The position numbers were made by a program, and so were the translations under genes. A stretch of 34,066 nucleotides of DNA from Egibacteraceae bacterium (GTDB taxonomy: Bacteria; Actinomycetota; Nitriliruptoria; Euzebyales; Egibacteraceae): assembly GCA_035550935.1 (NCBI GenBank), contig DASZOD010000311.1, forward strand, positions 1 through 34,066. The letters are read 5' to 3'. Shown here piece by piece: positions 27,873 through 34,066 of the stretch (the stretch's first letter is position 1; every line of letters begins with the position of its first letter). Below the pieces are notes generated by a model. It had not been told where the DNA came from. It ran no database searches and worked only from the letters and a program-made list of their open reading frames with translations.

Positions 27873-27913
27873 GGTGAGGGCGGCCGCGCAGCGGCCGCCG
27901 GCGGGCGGGGATC
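27871..27913. repeat. 43-nt GC-rich palindromic repeat, copy B (REP-like / hairpin element)
   Basis: The sequence is agggTgagGGCGGCCGCgcaGCGGCCGCCggcgggcggggatc, with stem 27879-27887 / 27891-27899. It begins inside the TAG stop codon of the HIT gene and could act as that gene's terminator hairpin, although no U-tract follows it. Confidence 0.8.
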
Positions 27914-28232
27914 CGACTGCCGCGGACCGGGGTCAGTCCGCGCCCGTGCCCGGTCCCGCCGGCCGTCCCGGCTCGTGCGCGAGCGCGCCGGGACGCTCGT
28001 GTGGCGCGCGACCACAGTCGCAGCGCCCCGCCTGGCCCGACGCCTTCCGGGCCATGCCGAGCGTCGGCAGGACCTTCGTGCCCGGCGGAGTCTACAGACG
28101 GACCCTGCCGCACTCGGGGCAGACGACCTGGTTGGGCTGGGCTTCCATGTGGGGGTCCCTTCGGGCTCTGACGAGGACGCGGGGTTATCCCCTTTGTAGC
28201 AGGCCCTCCGCCAGGGCGGGCGCGCGGGCTCC

Positions 28233-29366
28233 CTACGAGGCCCCGAAGGCGTCCCGCAGCCGGCCGAGCAGGCCCCTGCTGTCCTGGCTGCCGGCGTCCA
28301 GCGCCTCCCCGCGCAGCTCCGCCAGGCGCCGCAGCAGATCGTGCTCCTCGTCGCTGCGCGGGGCGGGGGTCTGCACCCGGCAGTGCACGTGCAGGTGGCC
28401 CCGGGCGCCGCCGCCGTTCAGCTTGGGCATGCCCTGGCGCTTGAGCGTCAGCACGTCGCCCGTCTGCGTGCCCGCGGGAACGCGCAGCATGTGCTCCCCG
28501 TGCAGGGTCGGAACCTTGACCTGACCGCCGAGCGCGGCCTGGGTCATCGGCAGGCGCAGCTCGCAGTGCAGGTCGTCGCCGTCGCGGGTGAACACGTCAT
28601 GGGGCTCGATGTGCAGGCGCACGTAGAGGTGTCCGCTGGAGCCGCGCTGGCGGCCGGCCTCTCCCTGGCCACTGAGCCGCAGCCGGGTGCCGTCGCCGAC
28701 CCCTGGGGGGACGGGGACGGTGACGGTCTCGGTGCTCTGCAGCCGGCCCTCCCCACGGCAGTCCCCGCACGGGTTGGCGAGCCGCTGGCCCTGCCCCCCG
28801 CAGGCCGGGCACACGGTCGTGGTCAGCATCTGGCCGAACACGCTGCGGCTGACCTGCTGGACGGCCCCGGCACCGCCGCAGCGATCGCAGCGCACCGTGC
28901 CCGAGCCCGGGTCCGCCCCCGAGCCAGCGCAGCGCTCGCAGGTGCGGCGGATGGTGACGTCCACGTCCCGGCTGGTGCCCGAGGCGGCCTCCTCCAGCGT
29001 CACGGAGACGTCGACCACGGCGTCGCGCCCGGCGCGCCGACCGCTCCGCGAGTCGCGGGGTGGCGCGGTCCGCGACCCGCCAAAGCCGCCGAAGAACGTC
29101 TCGATGAGGTCCGACAGGTCGCCGAAGCCCTCGAACGGGTCGCCCCCGGCCATGCCGGCGGGGCCCCGGGGGTCGCCGAAGCGGTCGTAGTTGGCGCGTG
29201 CCCGCGGGTCCTTGAGCACCTCGTAGGCGGCGGTGAGCTGCTTGAACTGCTCAGGGTCGCCACCGGCGTCTGGGTGCAGGTCCCGGGCGCGCCGGCGGTA
29301 CGCGCGCTTGATGTCGTCGTCGCTGGCGTCGCGGCGGACGCCGAGGATGTCGTAGAGATCTTGCAC
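28233..29366 (-). CDS. dnaJ: molecular chaperone DnaJ
   Basis: The GTG at 29366 (AGGGA upstream) opens the J-domain 'VQDLYDILGVRRDASDDDIKRAYRRRARDLHPD'. A G/F-rich region follows, then four CxxCxGxG Zn motifs ('CERCAGSG', 'CDRCGGAG', 'CPACGGQG', 'CGDCRGEG'). The track ORF 28233..29906 is an artefactual 5' extension running into hrcA. Confidence 0.9.
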   Translation of the reverse strand: MQDLYDILGVRRDASDDDIKRAYRRRARDLHPDAGGDPEQFKQLTAAYEVLKDPRARANYDRFGDPRGPAGMAGGDPFEGFGDLSDLIETFFGGFGGSRTAPPRDSRSGRRAGRDAVVDVSVTLEEAASGTSRDVDVTIRRTCERCAGSGADPGSGTVRCDRCGGAGAVQQVSRSVFGQMLTTTVCPACGGQGQRLANPCGDCRGEGRLQSTETVTVPVPPGVGDGTRLRLSGQGEAGRQRGSSGHLYVRLHIEPHDVFTRDGDDLHCELRLPMTQAALGGQVKVPTLHGEHMLRVPAGTQTGDVLTLKRQGMPKLNGGGARGHLHVHCRVQTPAPRSDEEHDLLRRLAELRGEALDAGSQDSRGLLGRLRDAFGAS

Positions 29367-29407
29367 AGACGGTCCCTGGTCGCTGCGATCGTCGCCCCGC
29401 GGTCGGC

Positions 29408-30478
29408 CTAGGGGCCTGACGGGGCGTTGCCCCCGCCGGACAACTCGGCGAGCGCCTTCTCCAACGACGAGGCTACCGCCTGGACGGCTGCCAGGGTCCG
29501 GGGATAGTCCATCCGGGTGGGGCCCAGCACCCCCAGGGACCCGCTCGCATGGCCGGCCTCGTAGCGGGCCGCCACCACCGAACAGGCCGCCAGCTCGACC
29601 AGTGGCAGCTCCGTGCCGATGCGCACGGCCGGGTCGCCGGCTTCCACCGCTGCCCGCAGCATCTTGAGGACCACGACCTGCTCCTCCAGCGTCTCGAACA
29701 CCTGTTTGACCTGCTCCAGGCGGTCGAAGTAGCCCTCCCCGGCGATGTTCGCGGTGCCGCCGACGAACACCTGCTCGCTGGGCGGTCCCACCAGACCGTC
29801 GCGGACCGCTTCCGCCACGGCCTCGACCAGTCCGCGCACCTCGGGAGGCGCCCCAGCGCCCAGGCCGCTGATGACGTCGCGGGCCTGGCTCAGCCACAGC
29901 CCGCACACGGCCTCGTTGACGGCGTGGCGGGCCCGACCGATCTCCTGCTCGGCGACGGGGGCGTCCAGGTCGAGCATGCGCTTCTCGACCCGCCCGGTGT
30001 CGGCGATGAACACCGCCAGGACACTGGTCGGTCCGAGCTGCACCAGCTCGACGTGGCGCAGCCGGCTGCGGTCCAGGCGTGGGGCCGCGACCAGGGCCGC
30101 GAAGCGGGTCAGCCGCGACAGGACCCCCGAGGTGCGCCGCAGCAGCTCCTCCAGGTCAGCCGACCCCAGCAGGAGCTGCTCGAGGGCGGCGCGTTGGTCC
30201 GGCGAGAGCGTGGCGACGCCGGGCAGCGAGTCGACGTAGAAACGGTAGCCCTTGTCGGTCGGCACCCGCCCGGCCGACGGGTGGGGATGGGTGATGAACC
30301 CGGCTTCCTCCAGCGCGGCCATGTCCGAGCGCACCGTGGCCGGCGACACGCCGAAGCTCCAGCCCTCCACGAGCCGCTTCGAGCCGACCGGCTCCCCCTC
30401 GCGGATGTATGCCTGGACGATCGCCTTGAGGATCGCGGCCTTGCGTTCGTCGAGGTCGAGCACGCTGTCGTCCCTCAC
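29408..30478 (-). CDS. hrcA: heat-inducible transcriptional repressor HrcA
   Basis: 'LDERKAAILKAIVQAYIREGEPVGSKRLVEGWSFGVSPATVRSDMAALEEAGFITHPHPSAGRVPTDKGYRFYVD'. The start is ambiguous: a GTG at 30478 (AGGAGG 10 nt upstream), a GTG at about 30463 (GAGGGA 7 nt upstream), and the track start at 30508. Confidence 0.85.
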   Translation of the reverse strand: MRDDSVLDLDERKAAILKAIVQAYIREGEPVGSKRLVEGWSFGVSPATVRSDMAALEEAGFITHPHPSAGRVPTDKGYRFYVDSLPGVATLSPDQRAALEQLLLGSADLEELLRRTSGVLSRLTRFAALVAAPRLDRSRLRHVELVQLGPTSVLAVFIADTGRVEKRMLDLDAPVAEQEIGRARHAVNEAVCGLWLSQARDVISGLGAGAPPEVRGLVEAVAEAVRDGLVGPPSEQVFVGGTANIAGEGYFDRLEQVKQVFETLEEQVVVLKMLRAAVEAGDPAVRIGTELPLVELAACSVVAARYEAGHASGSLGVLGPTRMDYPRTLAAVQAVASSLEKALAELSGGGNAPSGP

Positions 30479-30507
30479 TGCACCACGGCCTCCTGACAAC
30501 CACCGCA

Positions 30508-30533
30508 CTGGCAGTCACGACAACGAGTGCCAG
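30508..30533. promoter_or_regulatory. CIRCE-like inverted repeat upstream of hrcA-dnaJ
   Basis: On the coding (minus) strand it reads CTGGCACTC-N8-GACTGCCAG. The left arm matches the actinobacterial form of the CIRCE half-site (TGGCACTC) and the right arm has one mismatch to its complement. The spacer reads as 8 rather than the canonical 9, within my +/-1 reading error. It lies 30-55 nt upstream of the hrcA start. Confidence 0.4.
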
Positions 30534-30575
30534 GGCCATCATGGCACCTGAGCCTGGGCGGCTCAATGACCCGGG

Positions 30576-31730
30576 TCAGGCCGCCAGCAGACGCAGGATG
30601 ACCCCGCCGGCCAGGGGGCGGCCGGCTGCGGTCAGCCGCAGGCGGCGGCCGTCGTCGTCCAGCAGCCCGGCGCGCACCGCAGCCCCAGCCCCGGCCTCGT
30701 CGATCGGCTCGACGGCCGTCCGGGCCACGCCTTCGCTCAGGCGCAGCCCCATCATGAGCCGCTCGCAGCGGCGGGCGTCGTCGTCGAGGACCTCGGCGCC
30801 GGAGGTGGTGGTCCGGCCGGCCAGCGCGGCGTCGGCGTAGCGGGCCGGCGAGCGCAGGCTCCACCAGCGCCGACCGGCCCAGTGCCCGTGCGCGCCGGCA
30901 CCGACCCCCAGCCAGTTGCCCCCACGCCAGTAGCCGAGGTTGTGGCGGCAGGCGCGCCCCGGGCGGGCCCAGTTCGAGATCTCGTAGCGCTCGAAGCCCG
31001 CCGCCGTCAGGCGGGCGTCGGCGACGGCCATGCGCGCGCCCGCGACCTCGTCGTCAGGCGCCGCGGCGGTGCCCGCGCGCACCCGTGCGGCGTACCCGGT
31101 GGTGGGCTCGAGGGTCAGGGCGTAGGCCGAGACGTGGTCCAGGCCGGCGGCGACGGCCGTGTCCAGGGTGGCGGCCCAGTCGGCCCCGGCCTCGGCCGGG
31201 GCGCCGTAGATGAGGTCGAGGCTGACCTGGGACACCCCGGCGCTGCGGGCGTCGGCGACGGCGCGCAGCGGCCGCTCCGGGTCGTGTCGGCGGCCCAGGA
31301 AGGCCAGGACGTGGGACGCGAAGGACTGCGCCCCCATCGACAGTCGGGTCAGCCCGGCGTCGACCAGCTCGGCAAGCGCCGCGACGGTGACGGTCTCGGG
31401 GTTGGCCTCGACGGTCACCTCGGCGTCGGCCGCCACCGGCAGCAGGTCGCGCACACGACGCAGGACCCCGGCCAGCTCGGCGGGCGGCAGCAGGGTGGGG
31501 GTGCCGCCGCCGACGAAGACGCTGGTGAAGGTGGGCCAGCGGTCATCGACGTCCGCGCCGGGCGGCGCGACGGCGCGCGGCCCGGCGCCGGCGACCGCGG
31601 CCAGGTCGGCGCCCAGCCCGGCGACGTAGCGGCCGATGAGGTCGTCCAGGCCGGTGTAGGTGTTGAAGTCGCAGTAGTGGCAGCGGTGCGCGCAGAACGG
31701 CACGTGCAGGTAGACGCCGGCCTCACTCAT
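30576..31730 (-). CDS. hemW: radical SAM heme chaperone HemW (HemN-like, oxygen-independent coproporphyrinogen oxidase family)
   Basis: The internal ATG at 31730 forms an ATGA overlap with the lepA stop. '[24 protein letters not shown]' carries the CxxxCxxC motif, followed by '[12 protein letters not shown]', '[11 protein letters not shown]', '[11 protein letters not shown]' and '[18 protein letters not shown]'. Confidence 0.9.
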   Translation of the reverse strand: MSEAGVYLHVPFCAHRCHYCDFNTYTGLDDLIGRYVAGLGADLAAVAGAGPRAVAPPGADVDDRWPTFTSVFVGGGTPTLLPPAELAGVLRRVRDLLPVAADAEVTVEANPETVTVAALAELVDAGLTRLSMGAQSFASHVLAFLGRRHDPERPLRAVADARSAGVSQVSLDLIYGAPAEAGADWAATLDTAVAAGLDHVSAYALTLEPTTGYAARVRAGTAAAPDDEVAGARMAVADARLTAAGFERYEISNWARPGRACRHNLGYWRGGNWLGVGAGAHGHWAGRRWWSLRSPARYADAALAGRTTTSGAEVLDDDARRCERLMMGLRLSEGVARTAVEPIDEAGAGAAVRAGLLDDDGRRLRLTAAGRPLAGGVILRLLAA

Positions 31731-33598
31731 TCGCCGACCGACAGCGCGGCAACGAAGGCCTCCTGGGGGATCTCCACCGCGCCGACGCTCTTCATGCGCT
31801 TCTTGCCTGCCTTCTGCTTCTCCAGCAGCTTGCGTTTGCGAGTGACGTCGCCCCCGTAGCACTTGGCGACCACGTCCTTGCGCCGGGCCTTGATGGTGTC
31901 GCGGGCGATGATCTTGCCGCCGATCGCCGCCTGGACCGGGACGTCGAACAGCTGGCGGGGGATGAGCTCGCGCAGTTTGCCGACCATGGCCTTGCCGTAC
32001 TCGTGCGCCTTGGCCCGCGGGACGATGGCGCTGAACGCGTCGACCGGCGCCCCGTGCAGCAGGATGTCGACGCGGACCAGGTCGGCGCGCTGCCAGCCGG
32101 CGGGCTCGTAGTCCAAGGTGGCGTAGCCGCGGGTGGACGACTTCAGCCGGTCGAAGAAGTCGAAGATGATCTCGGCCAGCGGCAGCCGGTAGCGAAGCTC
32201 GACGCGTTCGGGACTCAGATACTCCATCTTGGCCAGCTCGCCGCGGCGCCGCTCGCACAGCTGCATGACCGCCCCGACGTGCTCGCTGGGGCACAGGATC
32301 ACCGCGTCGACGACCGGCTCCAGGATGTGGTCGACGCGGTTGGCGGGGGGCAGCTCGGAGGGGTTGGACACCCGCACGACGGTGGGCTGGTCGCCCGGTG
32401 GCGGCCGTTCAGGCGATCCCCGGCCCCCTCCGGCGCCTGCGGCGCCGCCGGCATCCCGCAGGTGGACCTCGTAGGCGACGTTGGGGGCGGTGGTCACCAG
32501 GGGGATGTCGAACTCCCGGTCGAGCCGTTCGGAGACGATCTCCATGTGCAGCAGGCCAAGGAAGCCGCAGCGGAAGCCGAAGCCCAAGGCCGTGGAGGTC
32601 TCGGGTTCGAAGCTGAAGCTGGCGTCGTTGAGCCGCAGCTTGCCCAGGGCGTCGCGCAGCTGCGGGAAGTCGTCGGCGTCCAGCGGGTACAGGCCGCAGA
32701 ACACCATCGGCGTCGGCTCCCGGTACCCGGGCAGGGGCGCGGCCGCCGGCCTGGCGTGGTCGGTGACGGTGTCGCCGACGCGGGCCTGGTCCACCTGCTT
32801 GATCGCGGCGGTGAGGTAGCCGACCTCGCCGGGGCCCAGGGCGTCGATCGGCTTGGGATCCGGCGAGATGACGCCGAGCTCGTCGATCGCATGGTGGAAG
32901 CCGGTGGCCAGCAGCCGCACGTCCAGCTGGGGACGCAGCACACCGTCGACCACCCGGACGTAGACGACGACGCCCCGGTAGGGGTCGTAGACGGAGTCGA
33001 AGATCAGCCCCCGGGGCGGGGAGCCGGGGTCGCCGGTCGGCGCGGGCACCGCCTCGACGACCCGCTCGAGCACCGCGGTGACGCCCTGGCCGGTCTTGGC
33101 GCTGACCGCCAGGACATCGTCGGGCCGGCCGCCGAGTAGCGCGGCGATCTCGGCGGCGACCTGCTCGGAGCGGGCGGCGGGCAGGTCGATCTTGTTGAGG
33201 ACAGGGATGACCTCCAGGCCGGCCTCGATGGCCGCGTAGAGGTTGGCGAGGGTCTGCGCCTGGATGCCCTGGACCGCGTCGACGAGCAGGATCGCCCCCT
33301 CGCAGGCGTTCAGCGCCCGGCTGACCTCGTAGGAGAAGTCGACGTGGCCGGGGGTGTCGATGAGGTTGAGCAGGTACTCGTGGCCGTCGCGGGTGACGTA
33401 GGGCATGCGCACCGCCTGGGCCTTGATGGTGATGCCCCGCTCCCGCTCGATGTCCATGCGGTCCAGGTACTGGTCGCGCATCATCCGCGCGTCGACGAGC
33501 CTGGTTTCCTGCAGCATCCGGTCGGCCAGCGTCGACTTGCCGTGGTCGACGTGGGCGATGATGGCGAAGTTGCGGATGCGTTGTATGGGATAGGTCAT
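31727..33598 (-). CDS. lepA: translation elongation factor 4 (LepA)
   Basis: 623 aa. '[20 protein letters not shown]', '[12 protein letters not shown]', 'NKIDLP', '[23 protein letters not shown]', and the C-terminal LepA-specific domain '[23 protein letters not shown]'. Confidence 0.95.
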   Translation of the reverse strand: MTYPIQRIRNFAIIAHVDHGKSTLADRMLQETRLVDARMMRDQYLDRMDIERERGITIKAQAVRMPYVTRDGHEYLLNLIDTPGHVDFSYEVSRALNACEGAILLVDAVQGIQAQTLANLYAAIEAGLEVIPVLNKIDLPAARSEQVAAEIAALLGGRPDDVLAVSAKTGQGVTAVLERVVEAVPAPTGDPGSPPRGLIFDSVYDPYRGVVVYVRVVDGVLRPQLDVRLLATGFHHAIDELGVISPDPKPIDALGPGEVGYLTAAIKQVDQARVGDTVTDHARPAAAPLPGYREPTPMVFCGLYPLDADDFPQLRDALGKLRLNDASFSFEPETSTALGFGFRCGFLGLLHMEIVSERLDREFDIPLVTTAPNVAYEVHLRDAGGAAGAGGGRGSPERPPPGDQPTVVRVSNPSELPPANRVDHILEPVVDAVILCPSEHVGAVMQLCERRRGELAKMEYLSPERVELRYRLPLAEIIFDFFDRLKSSTRGYATLDYEPAGWQRADLVRVDILLHGAPVDAFSAIVPRAKAHEYGKAMVGKLRELIPRQLFDVPVQAAIGGKIIARDTIKARRKDVVAKCYGGDVTRKRKLLEKQKAGKKRMKSVGAVEIPQEAFVAALSVGE

Positions 33599-33722
33599 AG
33601 CGGAGTGCCCGAAGCCGAGACTGGCAACGGTCGGCCCCGGCCGATGCTAACGGCACGCAGTGGTCGCCGCCGCGCCGAGGCGGCAGCGCCGCGGCCGGGC
33701 CCCAGCAGCCAGGAGGTGCAGC

Positions 33723-33881
33723 GTGACCCCGCTGGAGGAACTGCGAGAACGCGCCGAGGAGATGCTGCTGTCCAGGCCGGCCGAGACCACCCCGGAGTTG
33801 TCCTGGCTGGTCGCTGAGCTGGAGCGGCAAAAGCAGGTCGTCCTGGGCCTCATCGACTACCTGCTCGCCACCGGGCACTAG
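33723..33881 (+). CDS. hypothetical small protein (52 aa, predicted helical)
   Basis: The GTG at 33723 is preceded by a perfect AGGAGG with a 6-nt spacer. The product is 'VTPLEELRERAEEMLLSRPAETTPELSWLVAELERQKQVVLGLIDYLLATGH', which has non-junk composition, unlike the Arg/Pro-rich shadow ORFs. I recognise no family. It is divergent from lepA. Confidence 0.4.
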   Translation: MTPLEELRERAEEMLLSRPAETTPELSWLVAELERQKQVVLGLIDYLLATGH

Positions 33882-33976
33882 CCCCAATGTTGCACGGTGG
33901 GCTCTCCGGCCCTCAACGAGCGGTGAGCCCGCCTTCCGAGTCGCACGCTCACTGACGGTGACTGCAGTTTGCACAC

Positions 33977-34004
33977 CGCAGCTGGTGAAACGCAGCTGGT
34001 GAAA
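33977..34004. repeat. perfect 14-bp tandem direct repeat x2 (CGCAGCTGGTGAAA)
   Basis: I read cgcagctggtgaaa twice, head to tail (33977-33990 and 33991-34004), in a locally lower-GC non-coding stretch. Each unit contains the CAGCTG palindrome. Confidence 0.85.
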
Positions 34005-34066
34005 CTTTGTGGCTAGCTTGATCGCCGCCCGCCCCCCGCGGGCCGTCAGCGCGCCCGGTGGCCCGC

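Noticed and set aside
27616-28524. ORFs 27616..28113 (-, 165 aa) and 27835..28524 (+, 229 aa) in the HIT-dnaJ gap
   Set aside because: They have Arg/Gly/Pro-rich junk composition and overlap HIT or dnaJ antisense. The shared 'RAAAQRPPAGGD' peptide with ORF 18343..20352 is just the translated 43-nt repeat element.
29367-32294. 5' extensions of the dnaJ (to 29906) and hemW (to 32294) track ORFs, and similar extensions for cdd, uppS, the binding protein and glyQS
   Set aside because: Homology starts at internal ATG or GTG codons with SD sequences or ATGA couplings. The extensions overlap the upstream genes and are Arg/Gly/Pro junk.

Overview
This is a very GC-rich chromosomal window of Actinomycetota type: by eye it is above 70% G+C, and codon position 3 is almost all G/C in real genes. 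I call 31 protein-coding genes, 26 of them on the minus strand. I recognised no rRNA, tRNA, CRISPR array, transposase or integrase.

The backbone is a conserved housekeeping neighbourhood. Reading right to left on the minus strand: lepA-hemW (ATGA overlap), hrcA-dnaJ, [accessory block], phoH-ybeY-CNNM/CBS transporter-cdd (two ATGA overlaps), [paaI + vapBC on the + strand], era-recO-uppS, [spermidine-synthase-like membrane protein on the + strand], a four-gene polar amino-acid ABC importer, glyQS, dgt-dnaG-rpoD, and a Kelch-repeat lipoprotein that runs off the left edge.

The region most worth a second look is 20.27-27.9 kb. It interrupts the usual dnaJ...phoH neighbourhood and is bracketed by two 43-nt, 42/43-identical direct repeats, each carrying a perfect 9-bp GC hairpin. 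Inside it is a tightly spaced minus-strand cluster:
- a secreted S8 (subtilisin-like) protease whose C-terminus is about 16 Trp-pentads (xGxSW), encoded by a 15-bp tandem repeat with a recent higher-order duplication;
- a polytopic-membrane GAF-GGDEF(I-site)-EAL protein;
- a TPP-dependent enzyme with a GEG variant of the GDG cofactor motif.

A 24-bp AT-rich perfect-arm palindrome sits in the roughly 310-bp non-coding leader of this cluster.

Smaller observations:
- a dGTPase-like protein lacking the conserved His residues of the HDxGHPPFGH motif;
- an apparently leaderless vapBC module;
- a CIRCE-like inverted repeat in front of hrcA;
- a Zn-ribbon-like small ORF broken by an in-frame TAG;
- a low-complexity insertion in LepA;
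- a perfect 14-bp x2 tandem repeat at the right edge.

All functional calls rest on my reading of the translated ORFs (motif recognition) and on gene order; no database search was run. Start codons were re-picked by hand from homology expectations and Shine-Dalgarno spacing. Hand-read motif coordinates may be off by 1-2 nt.
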